Source of the DNA: Macrostomum lignano
Taxonomy: Eukaryota
Assembly (NCBI GenBank): GCA_002269645.1
Contig: NIVC01000059.1
Coordinates: 1 to 64,000 of the forward strand
Direction of reading: 5' to 3'
DNA length: 64,000 bases
Positions 8,122-19,324 of this stretch are shown one piece after another (positions within the stretch are counted from its first letter, which is position 1; each line of letters begins with the position of its first letter). The notes beneath the pieces are model-generated. The model was not told the DNA's origin, ran no database searches, and worked only from the letters and a program-made list of their open reading frames with translations. The position numbers and the translations under genes were made by a program.

Positions 8122-8751
8122 ATGTACCAAACAATTGATCCTGACGCTCTAAAGTTTGCTCCAAATACTTCGGCGATTTTTGCTGGTGTTAACCAGAGCG
8201 GAAAAACAACTCTTGTTAAAGAATTGCTGCGAAACGAGTTTTTTCAGGACCCTAAGCCTGTTCGCGTTGATTGGTTTGGGCACTATCCAGACCCGGAACT
8301 GTTTGAATTACCGTACCCTGTCAATTTTCGCTCGTCTACATTTAACCCTGAAACCTATGTTCCCGCTCCGAATATTCTACTCGTTGTCGATGATCAAATG
8401 CAAGCCATGGAAAAAAACGCTGCTTTTACCGCATTTTTCACTCGCAAAGTCAGCCATGTGGGATTCCGGCTTTGGTACCTTGTACAAAACCTGTTTGCCA
8501 AGGGCAAGGAGCACCGCACTCAATCCCTTAACGCAAACTACCTTGTATTGTTCCGCAATGTACGGGACGTTAGTACAGTCGCCCATATTGCAAAGCAGCT
8601 TGTCCCCGCTAACCCAAAAAGTTTTGTTCAAATGTACGAAGACGCCACTAGGGAGCCCTACTCCTACTTGATTGTTAATTGCTTGCAGAACGCATCTGTT
8701 CGCTACTATGCTAATGTGTTGGGGCGCTACCCCGTAGTTTATGCTAAATAA
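8122..8751 (+). CDS. DNA-packaging ATPase (FtsK-HerA/A32-like)
   Basis: Walker A GVNQSGKT, Walker B LLVVDD, then QNLF...RTQSLNANYLVLFRNVRD; AATAAA at 8747-8752. Confidence 0.93.
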   Translation: MYQTIDPDALKFAPNTSAIFAGVNQSGKTTLVKELLRNEFFQDPKPVRVDWFGHYPDPELFELPYPVNFRSSTFNPETYVPAPNILLVVDDQMQAMEKNAAFTAFFTRKVSHVGFRLWYLVQNLFAKGKEHRTQSLNANYLVLFRNVRDVSTVAHIAKQLVPANPKSFVQMYEDATREPYSYLIVNCLQNASVRYYANVLGRYPVVYAK

Positions 8752-8839
8752 AACACTGTTGGAGAGCTTTGCTCTGTTTGCCGGATGGCCTGAACCTGAA
8801 ACAACTAAAATACGTGTTTTTTCTTTTCAAGTCCTCTAC

Positions 8840-9503
8840 TGCCCTGGGGGGAGCTCTCTATCACTCACCCCCGGTCTGTCCCGCGCCTCCAGACTGGGCC
8901 GCTCTCTCCGCGGGGGGTGTGATTCATACTCCCTCTCTGTCCACGCCGCGTGCTGCGACATGCCAGGGCAGCGCAGGGTGCCTCCACGCACTCTCTGTCC
9001 CAGCACCCCGTGTCTCTTTGTACCCCACCTCATACTGCTACAGGGGTCGCCTGTTATCTGTCCCCTGCTACAGGGGGATGGCGGCTCTCCACGCACTACC
9101 CCTCCTGCTACAGGGGCTGCTCTCTGTCCCCAGCTACAGGGCTGCTCTCTGTCCCCCGCATGGGGGGCCGGTTGCTCAGTGTACAGGGCTGCGTCAGCAT
9201 CGGGGGTTTCCTTCCTACACTAACCGCGTGCACACGACATTGGTGGGAGGGGCGGGAATCCCCCCGCCGGATGTACACCCCGAGGGAGGCCCATGCGCTG
9301 AAGGTACACTCGCTGGACGCCCAGCCGGCCGGATGTACACTCGCGGGAGGCCCACCCCGCTGGAGGTACACTCGCTGGACACCCACCCCGCTGGAGGTAC
9401 ACCCCGGGGGAGGTGGTACACCCCGAGGGAGCACCTTGCCGCGGTGCTAGAGGCCGACATCAGCCCGACGGACCTTCGCAAAATCGAGCCATTCGGAATC
9501 CCT
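8840..9503. repeat. GC-rich terminal region (candidate TIR) with CTCTGTCC sub-repeats and a 31-bp-periodic GTACAC array
   Basis: GTACAC at 9273, 9304, 9335, 9366, 9397 and 9416; stem GGCGGG/CCCGCC at 9251-9268. The partner TIR is not in the window. Confidence 0.55.
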
Positions 9504-10417
9504 TAGTAGTAGCACTTACAGCAGATAAGCGCTGCTTTTGAAGATTAGCGTAGCCCCAGCAAAAGCATAAGTATACAAAATAAAATGTTAAAAATTTGCA
9601 TGAATCCCCATAGGAAACAATGATTATTGTCACAAAGATAAATTCGCTACTTCAATGTAGACTCGAACTGCCGACCTTCTACTAAAAGACTTATACTATT
9701 TTAGAAGTTTAGTAACTTCACACTTTGAAGTTAACCCCTCCCCCCAGAAATCGGCAGTTATCCCCACAACAACCTGAAATTAGCTATCACTTCTAATCCC
9801 GCAAACAGACTGCAGTCATACTCTTAGCAGCCTGCAGGTACGAGTATCCACCTTGCTGTCTACAACTTTCATTAGCATCGGCAAACTACAATAATTCACT
9901 CAGCAGTCCGCAGTTACTCGTATCCCCTCAACAACTTGCTCTGCTATACACTCATAAGTCTGGAGGAATACCTCAGCAGTTTTTTTTCAATTTTTCCCAT
10001 TGCAGTCTGCATGAATGAGTCATCTCAGCAATGATTCTTTCAGTAATCTGATAATTTGCTCAGTATTTAGTACAGCTCACTAATCAATTTGGCGATCCAT
10101 ATCGGAAGTCTTTTGCGCAGCTCAGCATTTAGCAGTACCTTCAGCTGTTTAGCTATTTAGCAGCATCGTCTGCAATTCGGGAGCAGTAATACACAAGCAG
10201 TTTTTTTACAAATCAAATTTTAAAATGCACTGGCTGAAATCAAATCAAATTCAAATTGACAAAATCAATTTGTTTAGCAGCTTGTGCTGAATAGCAAAAA
10301 TATTGTGCTGAATAGCAAATATAATTCATTGAGTGTGGCTTACTAATTAATAAAAAATGATTCAATTAGTTGAGGCGCTAGGTATAAATGAACTAATTTA
10401 TTTAATTTTAATTATCG

Positions 10418-10492
10418 GCCGGCGAGGCGGACTCGAACCTTGGACCTTACGCCTAGCCTAAACCTATCCTAGTGCCTAGCGGCTATTCCGCC
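10418..10492 (-). pseudogene. tRNA-derived Pol III head (tRNA pseudogene or SINE head)
   Basis: Minus strand has A-box TAGCCGCTAGG and B-box GGTTCGAGTCC at tRNA-like spacing; the stems pair poorly. Confidence 0.45.
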
Positions 10493-12619
10493 TACTGATT
10501 GGAGAGCGCAAAAATCAGCCATTTATGCTTTGACATTGCGGTCAAATACACAGCAGTGATAGGCTGCTCAGTGTGCACAGGTTTGGTGCCGGCAGAGCCA
10601 TTCAGCCAAGGTCAGAAGAATGTACACACGCAGCCACTGAGCATTATTATTATTTCAATACTTTTAAAATGCACTGGCTGATTTCGCTCTCCCTCCAGAG
10701 TGCCTGCGCAATGCTTGGCACACTGCCTCCACCTAAAAAGCTCAGAGTCAGTTTATAGCGAGAATATGCAGTACACAGTTGTGGCGCAATCAAAATTAGA
10801 TTTGGAATTCAGCCAGTCAAGAATTCAACCTTGCTTGGCCTTCTATTAAAAGCATTAGAAAAACTCGTTTTTCGAATATTTAATACCTTTAGCATTAAAG
10901 CCAATTAAAGAAATTTTAACTGTCTTCTTTCCAGATAATTACAATCTTTTGGCAAAAACGCGATTAAAATTGGTCAATCGGTTCGATCTCTAGAGCGCTA
11001 CACGAATACTAACACAAATTCTCTTCGAGTGAACGTCACACGAAGCAGCTATGACATAATTAAATACGCAGGCAGTCAGTATCAGTCTAAATTAAAGTTT
11101 GCTATATGGTTACGCAATTTCTGCCTTTCAACTTAGCACAGTGTTTTCAAATTGTTGTGATGCAATCTTTATCAGAATCAGAATTCAGCCAGCCAGTTTT
11201 TTCTCTAGCATTCGTATAGTGCACTTCAAGTCGAAAGAGCTGCTTGACCTTTGCAAAAAACATGTTTTTCGAATATTTAATCCCTTTAGCATTGAAGCAG
11301 ATACAAGAAATTTTAACCATACAATCCTGGGCTGATTACAAATCTTTTGGCGAAGACGCGATCAAAATCGGTGAAGAATTGCAGTCTCTAGAGCGTTATG
11401 GACATTCAAGCATACAAACCTTAGAGATTTAGTATATTTAGATTGGAGAGCGCAAAAATCAGCCATTTATGCTTTGACATTGCGGTCAAATACACAGCAG
11501 TGATAGGCTGCTCAGTGTGCACAGGTTTGGTGCCGGCAGAGCCATTCAGCCAAGGTCAGAAGAATGTACACACGCAGCCACTGAGCATTATTATTATTTC
11601 AATACTTTTAAAATGCACTGGCTGATTTCGCTCTCCCTCCAGAGTGCCTGCGCAATGCTTGGCACACTGCCTCCGGCCTAAAAAGCTCAGAGTCAGTTTA
11701 TAGCGAGAATATGCAGTACACAGTTGTGGCGCAATCAAAATTAGATTTGGAATTCAGCCAGTCAAGAATTCAACCTTGCTTGGCCTTCTATTAAAAGCAT
11801 TAGAAAAACTCGTTTTTCGAATATTTAATACCTTTAGCATTAAAGCCAATTAAAGAAATTTTAACTGTCTTCTTTCCAGATAATTACAATCTTTTGGCAA
11901 AAACGCGATTAAAATTGGTCAATCGGTTCGATCTCTAGAGCGCTACACGAATACTAACACAAATTCTCTTCGAGTGAACGTCACACGAAGCAGCTATGAC
12001 ATAATTAAATACGCAGGCAGTCAGTATCAGTCTAAATTAAAGTTTGCTATATGGTTACGCAATTTCTGCCTTTCAACTTAGCACAGTGTTTTCAAATTGT
12101 TGTGATGCAATCTTTATCAGAATCAGAATTCAGCCAGCCAGTTTTTTCTCTAGCATTCGTATAGTGCACTTCAAGTCGAAAGAGCTGCTTGACCTTTGCA
12201 AAAAACATGTTTTTCGAATATTTAATCCCTTTAGCATTGAAGCAGATACAAGAAATTTTAACCATACAATCCTGGGCTGATTACAAATCTTTTGGCGAAG
12301 ACGCGATCAAAATCGGTGAAGAATTGCAGTCTCTAGAGCGTTATGGACATTCAAGCATACAAACCTTAGAGATTTAGTATATTTAGAAGAAGACTAGCAA
12401 TCTACGCCCCCCGTTGGGGAGCCAAAGAAATGCAATACACGTTTTTTTTAATAAGCTACATATATATCCTTGAAATCTTAAAAAATCTCCTGTCAAACCT
12501 TGTAAGCCTTGACATGTCAATAATTCCCCCCCACAAGCTTTAACATATCAACTTCCCCCCTTGACATCTCAGCAATGCCCCCAATAAGCCTTGGAAATCT
12601 AAAAATATCTGTCAACCTT

Positions 12620-12680
12620 CTAACTCTAACCCTAGCCGAACCCTAACCCTAACCCTAACCCTAACCCTAACCTAACCCTA
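12620..12680. repeat. Interstitial telomere-type tract (TAACCC)n in unit B copy 1
   Basis: About 6 near-perfect TAACCC units plus degenerate flanks. Confidence 0.8.
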
Positions 12681-13489
12681 AAGCATTGAAATTTCAGTAA
12701 TTCTCTCTAAGAGTCATAATAGCACTACTACAGCATTATAGCGATTCCCTGCAAGCCTCGACATCGTAGGGATTCCCAAATGAATATCTTAACTTCGACA
12801 TGAAGCTTCTTTTATTTTTTACATTACGTTTTTTTATCAGCGATCCCTCCCCTGAGGAGGCATCAAATAATGTAATAAAAAGTTTTCAATAAACTACATG
12901 TAGCTTCTGACTTTAGCCTTGAAATCTCATTTATACCCCCGTGAGCCTTGACATCTCAGCTATTCCCCCCGTAAGCCTTAACATGTCAGCGATGGCCCCC
13001 ATAAACCTTGAAATCTAAAAAATCCCCTGTTATTCTGTTAACCTTGAAACCTGATAAAATATAACCCTCAACCCACACCTGACCTAAACCTAACTTTAAC
13101 CCAACCTAAAGCCTTGAAATCTCCGCAATTCTTCTCCCCTAAGCCTTGACATTTTAGTGATTCCTTCTTTAAGAATCAAGCACTATAACGATTTCCACCA
13201 AGCTTTGACATCGTAGCAATTCCCAAATTAATCTTTTAACTTGAACATGACTTTTCTTTTATGTATACGTAGTGCTACTTTTATTTTTTACATGACTCTT
13301 CTTCTATCAGCGCCCCCGTGGCGAGCCAACAAAGAATGCAATAAAAAATGAGTAAAGTACATGAACTTTGAAGTAGCTTCTGACTTTTACTTTGACATCT
13401 CAGAAACCCCCCCCGTAATCTCAGTTATTCTCTGAGAGCCTTTATGTCTCAGTTTTTTCTCCCCAGCACAGCATTATAGCTGCATTTAA

Positions 13490-15230
13490 TTTTTACATGA
13501 CACCCTTCATGTCTGACATGACGCTTCTTTTATTCTACCATGATGCTTCTTAATTTTTTAAATGACACTTTCATTAGTTTTTAAATGAGGCTTCTATGAT
13601 TTTTTCACGACGCTTCTATGATTTTTACATGACACTTCTATGATTTTTTACATGACGCTTCTATGATTTTTTACATGACGCTTCTATGATTGTTTACATG
13701 ACGCTTCTATGATTTTTAAATGACGCTTCTATGATTTTTTACATGACCCTTCTATGATTGTTTACATGACGCTTCTATGATTGTTTACATGACGCTTCTA
13801 TGATTGTTTACATGACGCTTCTATGATTTTAAATGACGCTTCTATGATTTTTTACATGACGCTTCTATGATTGTTTACATGACGCTTCTATAATTTTTAA
13901 ATGACGCTTCTACAATTTTTTACATGACACTTGAATGATTGTTAACATGACGCTTCTATGATTTTTTGCATGACGCTTCTATGATTTTTATATGACGCTT
14001 CTACGATTTTTTACATGGCGCTTCTATGATTGTTTACATGACGCTTCTACGATTGTTTACATGACGCTTCTATGATTGTTTACATGACGCTTTTATGATT
14101 GTTTACATGACGCTTCTACAATTTTTTTACATGACGCTTCTATGATTGTTTACATGACGCTTCTATGATTGTTTACATGACGCTTCTATGATTGTTTACA
14201 TGACGCTTTTATGATTTTTTACATGACGCTTCTATGATTTTTTTACATGACGCTTCTATGATTTTTTACATGACGCTTCTATGATTGTTTACATGACGCT
14301 TTTATGATTGTTTACATGACGCTTCTACAATTTTTTTACATGACGCTTCTATGATTGTTTACATGACGCTTCTATGATTGTTTACATGACGCTTCTATGA
14401 TTGTTTACATGACGCTTTTATGATTTTTTACATGACGCTTCTATGATTTTTTTACATGACGCTTCTATGATTTTTTACATGACGCTTCTATGATTGTTTA
14501 CATGACGCTTTTATGATTGTTTACATGACGCTTCTACAATTTTTTTACATGACGCTTCTATGATTGTTTACATGACGCTTCTATGATTGTTTACATGACG
14601 CTTCTATGATTGTTTACATGACGCTTCTATGATTGTTTACATGACGCTTCTATGATTGTTTACATGACGCTTCTATGATTGTTTACATGACGCTTCTATG
14701 ATTTTTTACATGACACTTCTATGATTGTTTACATGACGCTTCTATGATTGTTTACATGACGCTTTTATGATTTTTTACATGACGCTTCTATGATTTTTTT
14801 ACATGACGCTTCTATGATTTTTTACATGACGCTTCTATAATTGTTTACATGACGCTTCTATGATTGTTTACATGACGCTTCTATGATTGTTTACATGACG
14901 CTTCTATGATTGTTTACATGACGCTTCTATGATTGTTTACATGACGCTTTTATGATTGTTTACATGACGCTTCTATGATTTTTTTACATGACGCTTTTAT
15001 GATTTTTTACATGACGCTTCTATGATTTTCACATGACGCTTCTATGATTTTTTAAATGACGCTTCAATGATTTTTATATGACGCTTCTACGATTCTTTAC
15101 ATGACGCTTCTATGATTGTTTACATGACGCTTCTATGATTTTTTACATGACACTTCTATGATTGTTTACATGACGCTTCTATGATTGTTTACATGACGCT
15201 TCTATGATTTTTACATGACGCTTCTTTTTA
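13490..15230. repeat. ~23-bp satellite (ACATGACGCTTCTATGATTGTTT)n in unit B copy 1
   Basis: Direct reading; T-run length varies. Confidence 0.97.
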
Positions 15231-18200
15231 AAAAGTCTTAGTTTTCCTGACGTTGAAAAGCTTTAATTAAAAAAATTATACTCTATGAAAATTCGAACCA
15301 TCGTCTTTGCATTTAGCAGTTCAGTTTGTTCACCTCTAGGCTAGCTCTCATCGTTTTGATAACATCAAATTTTGCACTTATATAATTCAACACTTTAAAA
15401 TCCAAGCATAGAGTAAATCACACGAAGCAGTTATGACATAATCAATATCCAGTCAGTCAGTATCAGTTAACAATATGGTTACGCAATTTAAATCAAGTCT
15501 GGTGCTACGCTTCCACACTGCATTTTCAATTCAAGTCGGAGTTACAATTCAGTTATGATGCAATCTATTTCAGAATCAGAATTCAACCAGTCAGTTTGTT
15601 CTCTAGCATTCTTACAATGCATTTCAAGTCGAAAAGTTTGCTTGACCTTTGCAAAAAAGCATGTTTTTCGAATATTAAATGCCTTTAGCATCGAGCAATT
15701 TCTTAGCCACGATGCATGTACAGTCACGGGAAAATTTCTGATCGAACAGTGCAAGTTCGAACAAAATCGGTCCAGCCATTTTTTCTCTAATCGATCACAT
15801 AGACACAGACAGACCATTTTTAGTATATAGGATAGAAGAAGACTAGAGCGTTATGGACATTCATTCATTCAAGCATACAAACCTTAGAGATTTAGTATAT
15901 TTAGAAGTCTCTAGAGCGTTATGGACATTCATTCATTCAAGCATACAAACCTTAGAGATTTAGTATATTTAGATTACTAGCTAATTAGAGCTGGCTGCCA
16001 GCATCCAGAATAATTTTTTATTGCCCCCCTTTAAGTGGAGCGGAGTGAGTTTTCTTATCAGTTGGCTCTGGCGCAATCAATTAAAATTGGCAGTGAAGTT
16101 TCTGGCTGATAAAATTTGCATTGAAAAAGGCCATTTAAAACAGTTTTTCGAATATTTAATCCCTTTAGCATTGAATCAGATACAAGAAATTTTAACTGTC
16201 TTCTTTCCAGACAATTTTGAATCTTTTGGCGAAAACGCGATCAAAATCGGTGAAGAATTGCAGTCTCTAGAGCGTTATGGACATTCATTCATTCAAGCAT
16301 ACAAACCTTAGAGATTTAGTATATTTAGAAGATAGAAGATGGACAAGCATTCAAGCATACAAACCTTAGAGATTTAGTATATTTGGATTATGGACAAGCA
16401 TTCAAGCATACAAACCTTAGAGATTTAGTATATTTAGACTAGCTAATTAGAGCTGGCTGCCAGCAGCCAGAATAATTTTTTTATTGCCCCCCTTTATGTG
16501 GAGCGGAGTGAGTTTTCTTATCAGTTGGCTCTGGCGCAATCAATTAAAATTGACTGTGAAGTTTCTGGCTGATAAAATTTGCATTGAAAAAGGCCATTTA
16601 AAACAGTTTTTCGAATATTTAATCCCTTTAGCATTGAAGCAGATACAGGAAATTTTAACTGTCTTCTTTCCAGACAATTTTGAATCTTTTGGCGAAAACA
16701 CGATCAAAATCGGTGAAGAATTGCAATCTCTAGAGCGTTATGGACAAGCAAGCATTCAAGCATACAAAGCTTAGAGATTTAGTATTTTTAACTGTCTTCT
16801 TTCCAGACAATTTTGCATCTTTTGGCGAAAACGCGATCAAAATCGGTGAAGAATTGCTCTCTCTAGAGCGTTATGGACATTCAAACATACAAACCTTAGA
16901 GATTTAGTATATTTAGACTAGCTAATTAGAGCTGGCTGCCAGCAGCCAGAATAATTTTTTTATTGCCCCCCTTTATGTGGAGCGGAGTGAGTTTTCTTAT
17001 CAGTTGGCTCTGGCGCAATCAATTAAAATTGACTGTGAAGTTTCTCGCTGATAAAATTTGCATTGAAAAAGGCCATTTAAAACAGTTTTTCGAATATTTA
17101 ATCCCTTTAGCATTGAAGCAGACACAAGAAATTTTAACCATACAATCCCAGGCTGATTACGAATCTTTTGGCGAAAACGCGATCAAAATCGGTGAAGAAT
17201 TGCAATCTCTAGAGCGTTATGGACAAGCAAGCATTCAAACATACAAACCTTAGAGATTTAGTATATTTAGATAGATTGGAGAGCGCAAAAATCAGCCATT
17301 TATGCTTTGACATTGCGGTCAAATACACAGCAGTGATAGGCTGCTCAGTGTGCACAGGTTTGGTGCCGGCAGAGCCATTCAGCCAAGGTCAGAAGAATGT
17401 ACACACGCAGCCACTGAGCATTATTATTATTTCAATACTTTTAAAATGCACTGGCTGATTTCGCTCTCCCTCCAGAGTGCCTGCGCAATGCTTGGCACAC
17501 TGCCTCCACCTAAAAAGCTCAGAGTCATTTTATAGCGAGAATATGCAGTACACAGTTGTGGCGCAATCAAAATTAGATTTGGAATTCAGCCAGTCAAGAA
17601 TTCAACCTTGCTTGGCCTTCTATTAAAAGCATTAGAAAAACTCGTTTTTCGAATATTTAATACCTTTAGCATTAAAGCCAATTAAAGAAATTTTAACTGT
17701 CTTCTTTCCAGATAATTACAATCTTTTGGCAAAAACGCGATTAAAATTGGTCAATCGGTTCGATCTCTAGAGCGCTACACGAATACTAACACAAATTCTC
17801 TTCGAGTGAACGTCACACGAAGCAGCTATGACATAATTAAATACGCAGGCAGTCAGTATCAGTCTAAATTAAAGTTTGCTATATGGTTACGCAATTTCTG
17901 CCTTTCAACTTAGCACAGTGTTTTCAAATTGTTGTGATGCAATCTTTATCAGAATCAGAATTCAGCCAGCCAGTTTTTTCTCTAGCATTCGTATAGTGCA
18001 CTTCAAGTCGAAAGAGCTGCTTGACCTTTGCAAAAAACATGTTTTTCGAATATTTAATCCCTTTAGCATTGAAGCAGATACAAGAAATTTTAACCATACA
18101 ATCCTGGGCTGATTACAAATCTTTTGGCGAAGACGCGATCAAAATCGGTGAAGAATTGCAGTCTCTAGAGCGTTATGGACATTCAAGCATACAAACCTTA

Positions 18201-18451
18201 GAGATTTAGTATATTTAGAAGAAGACTAGCAATCTACGCCCCCCGTTGGGGAGCCAAAGAAATGCAATACACGTTTTTTTTAATAAGCTACATATATATC
18301 CTTGAAATCTTAAAAAATCTCCTGTCAAACCTTGTAAGCCTTGACATGTCAATAATTCCCCCCCACAAGCTTTAACATATCAACTTCCCCCCTTGACATC
18401 TCAGCAATGCCCCCAATAAGCCTTGGAAATCTAAAAATATCTGTCAACCTT

Positions 18452-18512
18452 CTAACTCTAACCCTAGCCGAACCCTAACCCTAACCCTAACCCTAACCCT
18501 AACCTAACCCTA
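18452..18512. repeat. Interstitial telomere-type tract (TAACCC)n in unit B copy 2
   Basis: Duplicate of 12620-12680 at offset 5832. Confidence 0.8.
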
Positions 18513-19324
18513 AAGCATTGAAATTTCAGTAATTCTCTCTAAGAGTCATAATAGCACTACTACAGCATTATAGCGATTCCCTGCAAGCCTCGACATCGTA
18601 GGGATTCCCAAATGAATATCTTAACTTCGACATGAAGCTTCTTTTATTTTTTACATTACGTTTTTTTATCAGCGATCCCTCCCCTGAGGAGGCATCAAAT
18701 AATGTAATAAAAAGTTTTCAATAAACTACATGTAGCTTCTGACTTTAGCCTTGAAATCTCATTTATACCCCCGTGAGCCTTGACATCTCAGCTATTCCCC
18801 CCGTAAGCCTTAACATGTCAGCGATGGCCCCATAAACCTTGAAATCTAAAAAATCCCCTGTTATTCTGTTAACCTTGAAACCTGATAAAATATAACCCTC
18901 AACCCACACCTGACCTAAACCTAACTTTAACCCAACCTAAAGCCTTGAAATCTCCGCAATTCTTCTCCCCTAAGCCTTGACATTTTAGTGATTCCTTCTT
19001 TAAGAATCAAGCACTATAACGATTTCCACCAAGCTTTGACATCGTAGCAATTCCCAAATTAATCTTTTAACTTGAACATGACTTTTCTTTTATGTATACG
19101 TAGTGCTACTTTTATTTTTTACATGACTCTTCTTCTATCAGCGCCCCCGTGGCGAGCCAACAAAGAATGCAATAAAAAATGAGTAAAGTACATGAACTTT
19201 GAAGTAGCTTCTGACTTTTACTTTGACATCTCAGAAACCCCCCCCGTAATCTCAGTTATTCTCTGAGAGCCTTTATGTCTCAGTTTTTTCTCCCCAGCAC
19301 AGCATTATAGCTGCATTTAATTTT

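Larger units (their letters stand above)
1..9503 (+). mobile_element. Polinton/Maverick (adintovirus-like) endogenous dsDNA virus, right-hand part; left end and pPolB presumably upstream of the window
   Basis: Co-oriented hallmark set: rve integrase, minor and major jelly-roll capsid proteins, adenain-type protease, FtsK/A32-type ATPase. The ORFs are intronless and tightly packed. A GC-rich terminal segment ends abruptly at ~9503; the right boundary is inferred. Confidence 0.95.

Noticed and set aside
8741-9506. Several 100-245 aa ORFs on both strands after the ATPase
   Set aside because: They lie in GC-rich repetitive terminal DNA downstream of the polyA signal; the translations are low-complexity with no motifs.
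9505-9512. AGTAGTAG as a canonical Polinton terminus
   Set aside because: Wrong orientation for a right end (ACTACT expected), and the following sequence is not an inverted copy of the terminal region.
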